Source of the DNA: Chlamydiota bacterium
GTDB lineage: Bacteria; Auribacterota; Tritonobacteria; UBA1439
Assembly: GCA_037133055.1 (NCBI GenBank)
Contig: JBAXOY010000017.1
Span: 1 to 36,647 of the forward strand
DNA length: 36,647 nt
Reading direction: 5' to 3'
The notes under the pieces were generated by a model. The model had not been told where the DNA came from. It did not search any database and saw only the letters and a list, made by a program, of their open reading frames with translations. Both the position numbers and the translations under genes were made by a program. This document shows, one piece after another, positions 26,994 through 35,756 of the stretch (position 1 is the stretch's first letter; every line of letters begins with the position of its first letter).

Positions 26994-27790
26994 GGCGCGG
27001 CCTCGATCTCTCCAAGTGCCCTCTCGTACAGCTCCCCGGTGAGCGGCAGGTAGTGCCACTTCACCTCTCCCTCCATGAACGACACCCCCCTGCCCGATAC
27101 CGTGCGCGCGATGACCGCGCGCGGCCGCCCCGGGCCCTCCCCCGCGGCGCAGAGGACGCCCCTGAGCTCGGGGACGCTGTGCCCGTCGACCTCGCGCACA
27201 TCCCAGCCGAAGGCGCGCCACTTCGCGCCCAGGGGGCTCAGGTCGATGATATCCCTCGTCTTCCCCATCGCCTGCTGCCCGTTGTCGTCGACGACGGCCA
27301 CCAGGTTCGAAAGCCTGTGGTGCGCGGCGAACATGACGGTCTCCCAGAGCGAGCCCTCGTTGCATTCGGCGTCGCTCACCAGCACAAACGCGCGATGGGG
27401 CGAGCCCGCCATGCGCGCCGCGAGCGCGACCCCCGCCCCGATGGCGAGGCCGTGCCCGAGCGAACCGGTGGAAAAGTCGATGCCGCGCAGGGTGTGCTCC
27501 GGGTGCGCCCCCAGCAGGGTCCCGTCGCCGCAGTAGGTCGCGAGTTCCTCGCGGGTGAGGATGCCCTTGAGCATGAGGGCCGCGTAGAGCGCCAGCACGG
27601 CATGCCCCTTGGAGAGGATGAACCGGTCCCTCTGCGGGTCGTCGGTTCCCGGGAAGCGCAGCGCCTCCCCGAAGAGGACCGCGACGATCTCCGCGATCGA
27701 AAGCGCCGAGCCGATATGCCCGACATGGGCGCGCATGGACTCATCGAGGATGAGCCTGCGCATCGCGCGGGGGGTGACTGCTGATTCCAT
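26990..27790 (-). CDS. Transketolase-like, N-terminal (TPP-binding) subunit
   Basis: GHIGSALS, DRFILSKGH, STGSLGHGL, SDAECNEG...DDN TPP motif, DGH. Confidence 0.93.
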   Translation of the reverse strand: MESAVTPRAMRRLILDESMRAHVGHIGSALSIAEIVAVLFGEALRFPGTDDPQRDRFILSKGHAVLALYAALMLKGILTREELATYCGDGTLLGAHPEHTLRGIDFSTGSLGHGLAIGAGVALAARMAGSPHRAFVLVSDAECNEGSLWETVMFAAHHRLSNLVAVVDDNGQQAMGKTRDIIDLSPLGAKWRAFGWDVREVDGHSVPELRGVLCAAGEGPGRPRAVIARTVSGRGVSFMEGEVKWHYLPLTGELYERALGEIEAAP

Positions 27791-27796
27791 GCGGGT

Positions 27797-27825
27797 AGTG
27801 TAGCTGAAGTGCCAGCCGATGTCAA
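27797..27825 (-). promoter_or_regulatory. sigma70 promoter, leaderless transketolase operon
   Basis: Minus strand TTGACA (27820-27825), 17 bp, TACACT (27797-27802), 6 nt, ATG 27790. Confidence 0.7.
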
Positions 27826-27867
27826 AGTGCTAAAGTACGAGTGTCAGTGCGAAAGTGCGAAATTAGG

Positions 27868-27897
27868 TTGCGCGCCGCGCCGCCGCTGTGCTACAGT
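27868..27897 (+). promoter_or_regulatory. Extended -10 promoter, leaderless
   Basis: TTGCGC, 18 bp, TG-c-TACAGT (27892-27897), 6 nt, ATG 27904. Confidence 0.55.
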
Positions 27898-27903
27898 TCT
27901 GTC

Positions 27904-28056
27904 ATGATCGCGCTTCTCAAGGAGCTTTTTCTTTTTCTCAAAGAAACCAAAATGTGGTGGATCGCGCCGATCCTCATCATCCTGGTCCTCCTCAGCATCT
28001 TTATCTTCGTGACCGAGGGCTCGGCGGTGCTGCCGTTCATCTACACGCTTTTCTGA
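27904..28056 (+). CDS. Small membrane protein, DUF5989 / SxtK-like
   Basis: MIALLKELFLFLKETKMWWIAP...GSAVLPFIYTLF, with the characteristic WWxxP and PFIYTLF C-terminus. Confidence 0.88.
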   Translation: MIALLKELFLFLKETKMWWIAPILIILVLLSIFIFVTEGSAVLPFIYTLF

Positions 28057-28117
28057 TCGCCCCCCGGGCGACGGCGATTCCGCCCCTCGCGCCCCGGAAT
28101 GCGCTCTGGGATTTCCC

Positions 28118-28441
28118 ATGCGTCTGCGGCTTAAGGTTGCGTTGACGGTTTTGTCCATCGTCGTGACGCTTTCCCTGCTCACGTGGCAGCGGAGGCGCTT
28201 CCCCCGCCCGGTCGAACGGACCCTTGACGGGCTGCGGACCTGGTGGCTCGGCGTCGCGAAGACAATCGGCCACGCCCAGACGGTCGTGATCCTCACCGTC
28301 GTCTATTTCACCGCGATCGCCGTCACCGCCCTGATCGCGCGATGCGCCCGGCGGGACTTCCTGAGGCTCAGGGGGCCCGGCGCGTGGCATCCCCGGAAGC
28401 GCGCGGCGGACACGATCGAAACCCTGAAGAGGCAGTTCTGA
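28118..28441 (+). CDS. SxtJ-like membrane protein
   Basis: Two hydrophobic segments, W...IG...VILTVVYF...DFL...W..R...LKRQF C-terminus; lies between the SxtK-like and carbamoyltransferase genes. Confidence 0.75.
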   Translation: MRLRLKVALTVLSIVVTLSLLTWQRRRFPRPVERTLDGLRTWWLGVAKTIGHAQTVVILTVVYFTAIAVTALIARCARRDFLRLRGPGAWHPRKRAADTIETLKRQF

Positions 28442-28448
28442 ACAGCGT

Positions 28449-28479
28449 AAATCCAAAATCCCAAATCCCAAATCCCAAA
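28449..28479. repeat. Heptamer microsatellite (AAATCCC)n
   Basis: AAATCCA AAATCCC AAATCCC AAATCCC AAA. Confidence 0.9.
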
Positions 28480-28508
28480 GAGATTTGCGCGGGTTCGACG
28501 GGGCGCAG

Positions 28509-30311
28509 ATGAAGATCCTCGGCATCTCCTGCTTCTACCACGACGCCGCGGCGGCGCTCTGCGTGGACGGCACGATCGTCGCGGCGGCCGAGGAGGAGCG
28601 GTTCAGCAGGAAGAAGCACGACTCCGGCTTCCCGAAGCAGGCCATCGACTTCTGCCTCCGCTTCGCGAACGTGAAGATCTCCGACCTCGACTACGTCGTC
28701 TTCTATGAGAAGCCGTTCATCAAGATGGAGCGGCTCCTCACCTCCTACCTCGCCACCTGGCCGCGCTCGTACCGGTCGTTCATCACGGCGATGCCGGTCT
28801 GGCTCAGGGAGAAGATGCACATCCCCTCGGTCATCCGGAAGGAGACCGGCTACGAGGGCGAGATCCTCTACACCGACCACCATGTCTCCCACGCGGCGAG
28901 CTGCTTCCTCTGCTCCCCGTTCGAGGAGGCGGCGATCTTCACTATAGACGGGGTCGGCGAGTGGAACACGGCCTCCTGCGGGACCGGGAGGGGCGGCCGC
29001 GTCGAGCTCACCCGTGAGATCAACTTCCCCCATTCCCTCGGTCTCCTCTACAGCGCCTTCACGGGGTACCTCGGCTTCCGCGTCAACGACGGGGAGTACA
29101 AGGTGATGGGCATGGCCCCGTACGGCACCCCGCGCTACGTGGACAAGATCAGGGAGCTCGTCGAGATCAACGACGACGGGAGCTTCAAGCTGAACATGGA
29201 CTATTTCGCCTACCACTACCGGCTCGAGAACCTGACCCGGAAGTTCATCGAGCTCTTCGGCCCCCCGCGTGCCCCCGAGTCCGTCTTCTACACGCACTTC
29301 ACGCACCCCCGCAAGGACGTCCCCGGCTGGGACGAGGAGTACGCGCGGGAGAACCAGCGCTTCGCCGACATCGCGCACAGCATCCAGGAGGTCACCGAGG
29401 AGGCGATGCTGAAGACCGCCGCCTTCCTCCACCGCGAGACCGGGATGGACTATCTGTGCATGGCGGGAGGGGTGGCCCTGAACTGCGTGGCGAACGGCGA
29501 GGTCTTGAGGAAAACCCCCTTCAAGGACATCTGGATCCAGCCCGGCGCCGGCGACTCGGGCGCGGCGATCGGGGCGGCCCTCTACGTGTACAACACGGTC
29601 CTCGGCAACCCGCGGAAGTGGGTGATGGACCAGGCCTACCTCGGGCCGTCGTTCAGCGAGGAGTCGATCAGGAAGTGGCTCGACGAGCAGGGGATACCGT
29701 ACACCGAATATTCCGAGAAGGAGCTGCCGCGCGCCCTCGCGAAGCTCATCGCGGACAAAAACGTTGTCGGGTTTTACCACGGCCGCATGGAGTTCGGCCC
29801 CCGGGCGCTGGGGGCGCGCTCCATACTCGCCGACCCGCGCACCGCCGCCATGAAGGACATCCTGAACGAAAAGATCAAGCACCGGGAGCAGTTCAGGCCA
29901 TTCGCCCCCGCGGTCCTCGTCGAGAAGGCGGGGGACTATTTCGACCTCGGGTGCGCGGACGCGCCCTACATGCTCATCGTGGGCGAGGTGCGGCCGGACA
30001 AGCGGGCGCTCATCCCCGCGGTCACGCACGCGGACAACACCGCGCGGCCGCAGACCGTCCGCCGCGACTCCAACCCGCGCTACTACGACATCATCGCGGA
30101 GTTCGGGAAACTGACCGGCGTCCCCGTGATCATCAACACCTCCTTCAACGTCCGCGGCGAGCCGATCGTCCTGACCCCCTCGCAGGCGTATCGCTGCTTC
30201 GCCACCACGGATATGGACTACGTGGTGCTCGAGCGCTTCGTCGTGGCGAAGAAGGATATCCGCCCCGACCAGGTGCCGCCGCCGCCCGAGTGGCTGCTGC
30301 TCGACAGGTAG
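28509..30311 (+). CDS. O-carbamoyltransferase (NodU/CmcH family)
   Basis: MKILGISCFYHDAAA, EEERFSRKKHD, HHVSHAAS, DGVGE, GEYKVMG, GGVALNCVANG, EFGPRALG, RPFAP, NTSFNVRGEP. Confidence 0.96.
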   Translation: MKILGISCFYHDAAAALCVDGTIVAAAEEERFSRKKHDSGFPKQAIDFCLRFANVKISDLDYVVFYEKPFIKMERLLTSYLATWPRSYRSFITAMPVWLREKMHIPSVIRKETGYEGEILYTDHHVSHAASCFLCSPFEEAAIFTIDGVGEWNTASCGTGRGGRVELTREINFPHSLGLLYSAFTGYLGFRVNDGEYKVMGMAPYGTPRYVDKIRELVEINDDGSFKLNMDYFAYHYRLENLTRKFIELFGPPRAPESVFYTHFTHPRKDVPGWDEEYARENQRFADIAHSIQEVTEEAMLKTAAFLHRETGMDYLCMAGGVALNCVANGEVLRKTPFKDIWIQPGAGDSGAAIGAALYVYNTVLGNPRKWVMDQAYLGPSFSEESIRKWLDEQGIPYTEYSEKELPRALAKLIADKNVVGFYHGRMEFGPRALGARSILADPRTAAMKDILNEKIKHREQFRPFAPAVLVEKAGDYFDLGCADAPYMLIVGEVRPDKRALIPAVTHADNTARPQTVRRDSNPRYYDIIAEFGKLTGVPVIINTSFNVRGEPIVLTPSQAYRCFATTDMDYVVLERFVVAKKDIRPDQVPPPPEWLLLDR

Positions 30312-30401
30312 CGAATCTCATTACGTGGCACGCACCCTCGCCTCCTTATGTTTGCACATGCTGAACGCAATCAGCCTTCTCGCATCAGGAGGATCGGATT
30401 C

Positions 30402-31877
30402 ATGACCGCTGCGACACAACCCGGGCGCACACTGGCCGTGCGCGCCAGGATACTCGCCGTTATCTTCGGTTTTTGTCTTGCGTGGCTCGTTCTTGAAATC
30501 GGGTTGCGCGCGGCGGGCTTCGTATTTCTCTCCCTCCAGGAGCATTGGAACAAGATCTCGATCGTAAAGAGGGGCGAATTCCGCATACTGTGCCTCGGCG
30601 AATCAACAACCGCGATGGGGGGCGCAAAATCCTACCCTGCCCAACTGGAGGAAATTCTCAATAGCTCAAACCTGCGCAAAAAGATCAGCGTGATAAACAA
30701 GGGAATGATTTGTGTCCAAACCTCCTACATACTTGATCAGCTTGGGACCAACCTCAGAAGCTACAACCCCGATATGGTAATCGCGATGATGGGCATCAAC
30801 GACGGCGGCGATCTTCTGTCGTTTGACGATATTTTCATTGGCAAATCAAAACCATTCCTTTCGAATTTCAGGACATATAAATTAGCCCGCCTTCTGTGGG
30901 ACGGGATTCACTCAAGGGCGAAAGAACTCATCCCGAGGGACGATACGTCATGTGTCAGGAGGGGACGCGCACTCAGGCGGGAACGGCGCTATTACCAGGC
31001 CGAACACGCGTTTGCGCGGGCGCTCGAACTGAACCCCCGCAACATCGATGCCTATCTTGAGCTTGGGTACCTGCACCAGGAAATGGGAAAGCCGGATCGG
31101 GCGATAGAATATTTTGAAAAGGCCGTTGCGCTCATGCCTGTCGACGACGAGGCGCTTGTGACCCTGGGGTGCCTTTACCGAGACAAGGGAAGGCATGCAG
31201 CGGCTCAGAAAATACTTAAAAAGGTTATCGCGCGCAACCCGCGCAATACCTCCGCCCTGATCAACTTGGGGATCAGTTATACATGGACGAAAAGATTTCC
31301 TGAGGCCGAAGAGGCCTTTAAAAAAGCCGTCGCTATCGCCCCCTCCGACCCTAGCGGATATAGGAATCTCGGGTACTGTTACCAGGTACAGAATAAATTA
31401 TCCCAGGCCGAAGATTCTTTTAATACGGTTTTGGCACTTGATCCAAAAAATCCATGGATCAAACAGGCACTCCAAATAATCTCCCGGGAGAAGGGCCATG
31501 CTGCATCTCCGCCATCGATGAAAGAAAAGGTCGGGGGCGATAATTCTCGCGGAAACCAGTATCCCCTTTCGGTACGAAATACTTATCTCGCACTCAAACA
31601 TGCCCTGGATAAACAAGGCAGCATCCTCGTGTGCATGCAGTATCCCTTGCGCAACATCACGCCCCTTAAAGCTATTTTCCAAACCGAGAAAAATGTCATA
31701 TTTGTCGATAACGAAAAATCTTTTAAAAACGCTGTGGCAAGAGAAGGGTATAAGGAATATTTCACCGATATTTTCGCCGGGGACTTCGGTCATTGCACCC
31801 CCAAGGGGAACAGGCTCATCGCCGAAAACATCAAGAATGTCCTTTTGAGAGAATATTTTAAGGCTCGCCACAACTGA
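30402..31877 (+). CDS. Membrane-anchored SGNH/GDSL-like protein with inserted TPR repeats
   Basis: TM segment + LEIGLR; CLGESTT (block I), INKG (II), GIND (III), DFGH (V); about five TPRs between blocks III and V; AGGAGG SD before ATG 30402; low GC. Confidence 0.82.
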   Translation: MTAATQPGRTLAVRARILAVIFGFCLAWLVLEIGLRAAGFVFLSLQEHWNKISIVKRGEFRILCLGESTTAMGGAKSYPAQLEEILNSSNLRKKISVINKGMICVQTSYILDQLGTNLRSYNPDMVIAMMGINDGGDLLSFDDIFIGKSKPFLSNFRTYKLARLLWDGIHSRAKELIPRDDTSCVRRGRALRRERRYYQAEHAFARALELNPRNIDAYLELGYLHQEMGKPDRAIEYFEKAVALMPVDDEALVTLGCLYRDKGRHAAAQKILKKVIARNPRNTSALINLGISYTWTKRFPEAEEAFKKAVAIAPSDPSGYRNLGYCYQVQNKLSQAEDSFNTVLALDPKNPWIKQALQIISREKGHAASPPSMKEKVGGDNSRGNQYPLSVRNTYLALKHALDKQGSILVCMQYPLRNITPLKAIFQTEKNVIFVDNEKSFKNAVAREGYKEYFTDIFAGDFGHCTPKGNRLIAENIKNVLLREYFKARHN

Positions 31878-32002
31878 TCGGTCAGGCAGACCCACGCACA
31901 CCCATGCCCTTATGCCCTTCCGGCGCCTCTCGGCAGCCTCCGATCGAACACGAGACCGAATGCCGCATTCATCAGCCCCGGTTACACGTTGTCCCCGCGC
32001 AG

Positions 32003-32039
32003 AAATCGTGTCCGGCCAAATCGTGTCCGGCCAAATCGT
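32003..32039. repeat. 15-bp tandem repeat (2.5 copies)
   Basis: AAATCGTGTCCGGCC x2 + AAATCGT. Confidence 0.9.
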
Positions 32040-32067
32040 TGACTCATTGTGCGGGGAGTGCTAGAAT
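32039..32067 (+). promoter_or_regulatory. sigma70 promoter for sppA-rnhC
   Basis: TTGACT (32039-32044), 17 bp, TG-c-TAGAAT (32062-32067). Confidence 0.7.
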
Positions 32068-32105
32068 TGCCATGAAGTTATCGAAATAACCGATGGGGCT
32101 CGTAG

Positions 32106-33098
32106 ATGGGTTCGCGCGTACAAAAGGCGCTGAAATGGATCGGGCTGGCCGTGCTCCTGGCGGCGCTCCTCGGGAGCATCGCCATGAACGCCGCGCTCGT
32201 CGCGGTTCTCCTAGGTGAGAACGTCTCCTCCGAGGACGACGCGTTCAGGTTCCGCGAACTGACCGTGGAGGGGCAGGGCGATCAGAAGGTCGCGCTTATC
32301 CCCCTCACCGGGGTGATCGGCCGGGGCTACGGCGACGCCCTCTTCGGGGGCCGGGGCATGGTCTCCTCCGTCGTTGCGCAGCTGAGGAAGGCCGGACGCG
32401 ACAAGGGCGTCATGGCCGTCCTCCTCGAGATCGACAGCCCGGGCGGGGGCGTCGGGGACAGCGACCTGCTCTACCACGAGGTGCGCAGCCTGCGGGCGAA
32501 GGGGAAGCCGGTCGTCTGCCACCTTCAGGATGTCGCCGCCTCCGGGGCGTACTACGTCGCCGTCGCCGGGAACCGGATCATCGCGCAGCCGACGACGATC
32601 ACCGGGAGCATCGGCGTCATCCTGCACGGCATCAACGTGGAGGGGCTCTTCGAGAAGATCGGCGTCCGGGAGGTCACCATCAAGAAGGGCAGGATGAAGG
32701 ACATCCTCTCCCCCACCCGGCCGATCACGCCCGACGAGGAGCGACTGCTCCAGGGCATCGCGGACGGGGTCTTCTACCGCTTCGCGGGGATCGTGGCGAA
32801 GGAGAGGGGCCTGAGCAGGGAGGCGATGACGACCATCGCCGACGGGAGGCTCTTCCTCGCCCCGGAGGCGCTGAAGGCGGGCCTGATCGACGGCATCGGG
32901 TACCGGGAGGACGCGCTCGCCGCGGCGGGAGACCTGCTCGGGGTGAAAAAACTCCGCCTCATCCGCTATGAAAAGATATTTTCGTTCAGGGACCTGTTGA
33001 GCGCCTCGTCGGGCTCCGTGGCGCCCGCGGCCAGCTTCTGGGACGGGCTCATGGAGGCATGCGCGCCGAAACCGATGTACCTGTGGGCCCTCCGATGA
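32106..33098 (+). CDS. sppA: Signal peptide peptidase SppA (S49, 36K type)
   Basis: N-terminal TM, IDSPGG, VAASGAYY, TITGSIGV, KKGRMKD, DGRLF...GLID. Confidence 0.93.
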   Translation: MGSRVQKALKWIGLAVLLAALLGSIAMNAALVAVLLGENVSSEDDAFRFRELTVEGQGDQKVALIPLTGVIGRGYGDALFGGRGMVSSVVAQLRKAGRDKGVMAVLLEIDSPGGGVGDSDLLYHEVRSLRAKGKPVVCHLQDVAASGAYYVAVAGNRIIAQPTTITGSIGVILHGINVEGLFEKIGVREVTIKKGRMKDILSPTRPITPDEERLLQGIADGVFYRFAGIVAKERGLSREAMTTIADGRLFLAPEALKAGLIDGIGYREDALAAAGDLLGVKKLRLIRYEKIFSFRDLLSASSGSVAPAASFWDGLMEACAPKPMYLWALR

Positions 33099-33148
33099 GA
33101 CCCTATTTCAAATAACCGCCTCGCGCGCTGCTCCGGAGCGCATCCGCC

Positions 33149-34069
33149 ATGCTCACCAAACGGTCAGAGAACACCTATATCGCCCGCGTGGACGAGCGTC
33201 AGGTCACGCAGATGAAGCGGGACCTCGCCGCGCAGGGGTACGCGCTGCGCGAAAACGTCCCCCACGCCTTCTTCGCCGCCGGCAGGAACGGCGTCAGCCT
33301 CACCGCCTTCAGGAACGGCAAGCTCCTCGTCCAGGGGAAGGGCGCCCGCGAGTTTATCGAGTTCTATCTCGAGCCGGCGGTGCTGAAGGAGGTGTCGCTC
33401 GGGTACGAGGAGGTCGTCGACCCATCGGTCGCCGAGCCGCGCATCGGCGTGGACGAGAGCGGCAAGGGGGATTACTTCGGCCCGCTCCTCATCGCCGCGG
33501 TCTACGTCGACGGGGGGCCCGCGCGGCGGCTGCTCGACCTCGGCGTCGCGGACAGCAAGACCCTCGGCGCGAAGAAGATCGACGAGCTCGCCGAGGTGAT
33601 CAGGAGCGAAACGACGCACTCCGTGGTCGCCATCGGCCCCGAGAAATACAACGCCCTCTACGACAAGATCGGGAACCTCAACCGGCTGCTCGCCTGGGGG
33701 CACGCGCGCGCGCTCGAGAACGTGCTCATCAAGAAGACGGCCTGCAAGAAGGCCATACTCGACAAGTTCGCGGACAGGAGCGTTCTCACCCCCGCCCTCA
33801 TGAAGCGGGGCAAGAAGATCGACATCGTCTTCAGGACGAAGGCGGAGTCCGATATCGCCGTCGCCGCCGCCTCGGTGCTCGCCCGGAGCGAGTTCTGCAG
33901 CCGGCTCAAGAAGCTCGGGGAGGAGTTCAAGACGGAGTTCCCGAAGGGCGGCGGGGCGGCCGTCGACAGGAAGGCGAAGGAGTTCGTCAAGGCCCACGGC
34001 GTCGAGGGCCTCGCCCGCGTGGCGAAACTGCACTTCAAGATCACCAAAAAGGCGATTCTGGAGAGCTGA
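33149..34069 (+). CDS. rnhC: Ribonuclease HIII
   Basis: N-terminal TBP-like domain (NGKLLVQGK), IGVDESGKGDYFGPL, DSK, AVAAASVLAR, AKLHFK. Confidence 0.93.
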   Translation: MLTKRSENTYIARVDERQVTQMKRDLAAQGYALRENVPHAFFAAGRNGVSLTAFRNGKLLVQGKGAREFIEFYLEPAVLKEVSLGYEEVVDPSVAEPRIGVDESGKGDYFGPLLIAAVYVDGGPARRLLDLGVADSKTLGAKKIDELAEVIRSETTHSVVAIGPEKYNALYDKIGNLNRLLAWGHARALENVLIKKTACKKAILDKFADRSVLTPALMKRGKKIDIVFRTKAESDIAVAAASVLARSEFCSRLKKLGEEFKTEFPKGGGAAVDRKAKEFVKAHGVEGLARVAKLHFKITKKAILES

Positions 34070-34111
34070 CCGCCGATGCCTCGCCGCGGAGAGACGGGCG
34101 GAAAATAGCGG

Positions 34112-34141
34112 TTGACCCCTCCCGCCCGCCTCTGCTAGTAT
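34112..34141 (+). promoter_or_regulatory. sigma70-type promoter
   Basis: TTGACC, 18 bp, TG-c-TAGTAT, followed by GGAGG SD and ATG 34167. Confidence 0.6.
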
Positions 34142-34166
34142 GATCCCCGGTTTTCCCGGAGGTCCC

Positions 34167-34562
34167 ATGCGCACTACAGCCGTCGTGATCCTCGCCGTGG
34201 CGGCGCTCGCGGCGTCATCCCCCCTGCACGCGGCGATCGACCGGTTCACGAAAGAGGACCCCGCCCGCTTCGGCATCGGCATCCTCCAGCTCTACTACAA
34301 CATATGCAAGGGCATCCTCGACTACGGCAAGACGGTCGTGGTCACTTCCCCCGACCTGCCCAAGGCGGTCGCCACCGACGTCTTCCAGGTGGGGCAGAAA
34401 CGGGTGCCCGAGGCGTACTACATGACCGAGCGGGAGAAGCAGGAGCGGGAGAGGCAGGACAAGCTTGAGAAGCGCCTCGAGCAGCAGAAAAGGAAGGAGG
34501 AGGGCGCGGGCGGCCTCGTGGGCGCCGGCGGCCAGTCTCCTCTCACAACCATCAAGAAATAG
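34167..34562 (+). CDS. Secreted hypothetical protein with charged coiled-coil C-terminus
   Basis: Signal peptide MRTTAVVILAVAALAASSPLHA; SD present; GC3-rich codons. Confidence 0.7.
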   Translation: MRTTAVVILAVAALAASSPLHAAIDRFTKEDPARFGIGILQLYYNICKGILDYGKTVVVTSPDLPKAVATDVFQVGQKRVPEAYYMTEREKQERERQDKLEKRLEQQKRKEEGAGGLVGAGGQSPLTTIKK

Positions 34563-34589
34563 GGCGCTCCGCTTCGCGCGCATCCCCCC

Positions 34590-35714
34590 ATGGGCACACG
34601 CATGATCCCATTCCCGTCGCTGCGTTTTCGCGCCGCGCTCGCGGCCGCCGGCCTCGCGCTCCCCCTTGCGGCATCTCCGGCCCCGGGGGCCGACGTCATC
34701 GACACGATCCCTCCCGACGCCGTGATGTTCATGCACCTCTCGATCAAGGAGAAAGACCCGGGGCAGAAATGGGTCTTCACAGAGCTCACCCGTTTTCTCA
34801 TCGCCCGGGCGCGCGAGAAGCAGGAGTCGGCCCAAATCGGCGACGTGAACCTCTTCCACTTCTCTGATTCCTGTTTCGCGCTCCTTCCGCGGGACAGGGA
34901 TGAGAAAGACCGGCTCCTCCTTGCCGCGACCCTCCTCCCCGGCACGGGGCAGTTCGGCCTCACCTACGGCTCTCAGAAGTTTCAGTTGAACATCCGCGAC
35001 GAAAAGACGGCGGCGGGCGCGCAAACCGCCCTCCTCTCGATCGTCCTCGGGATCATCTGCGAGGTCCCCGCCGGCGGCGCCCCGGAGGACGGCATCTACT
35101 TCAACAGCGAGCGTGAGAAGAAGGGCAGGTTCTCGGCCTACTGCGTGAGCGACACGCGCGCCTTCCTCGCCACGAGCAGGCAGCTCATCGCCGCGGCGCT
35201 TGTCGAGAAGCACGGCATCGCCTCGACGCCGTCCTTCACGGAGGTGCGGGGACTCCTCCCGAACGGGTGGGACGCCTACGGCTACGCGAACGACGAGGGG
35301 GGGGGCCTGAGCCGCTATCTTCGCGAAAATGAGAAGGGATGGGCGACGCTCGTCCTCGCACTGCTCGACCCGGCCCGGAAGATGGGCCTCGCCCTGGACG
35401 TGGAGGACAGGGACCACAGCCGCGCGGTCGCGGTCTTCCCCCTTCCCTCCGCGGCGGGGGTGCACGCCCTCCGCGCGAGGCTCGAGACCGCCCTCGCGGC
35501 GCTCCTTGCCGAATATCTCGACCCGCGATTGAAGGCCGAGCTCCAGTACGAGGAGCTCCCCCGCGCGCTCCGCATCACGGCCCGGCTCTCCGACACCGCC
35601 CAGTTCTGGGAAAAGGCGTTTGGGGGTAAGGCAAAAAAGAAGGGCGCGCACTCCGACAAGACGGCGGCGAAAGAGCCGCCCGTGGCCACCGTCGCCGCAC
35701 CGCTCGACCGCTGA
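34590..35714 (+). CDS. Secreted hypothetical protein
   Basis: Signal-peptide-like N-terminus (RFRAALAAAGLALPLAASPAPG-AD); coding-like codon usage; no family recognised. Confidence 0.7.
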   Translation: MGTRMIPFPSLRFRAALAAAGLALPLAASPAPGADVIDTIPPDAVMFMHLSIKEKDPGQKWVFTELTRFLIARAREKQESAQIGDVNLFHFSDSCFALLPRDRDEKDRLLLAATLLPGTGQFGLTYGSQKFQLNIRDEKTAAGAQTALLSIVLGIICEVPAGGAPEDGIYFNSEREKKGRFSAYCVSDTRAFLATSRQLIAAALVEKHGIASTPSFTEVRGLLPNGWDAYGYANDEGGGLSRYLRENEKGWATLVLALLDPARKMGLALDVEDRDHSRAVAVFPLPSAAGVHALRARLETALAALLAEYLDPRLKAELQYEELPRALRITARLSDTAQFWEKAFGGKAKKKGAHSDKTAAKEPPVATVAAPLDR

Positions 35715-35756
35715 AGATCCCCCCGGGCAAGCTCTGAGCCGGAAGAGGTTGCTCCC

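Noticed and set aside
27904..31877. Saxitoxin biosynthesis cluster
   Set aside because: Only sxtI/J/K/L-like genes are present; no sxtA, sxtG or other core genes, and the context is glycan synthesis.
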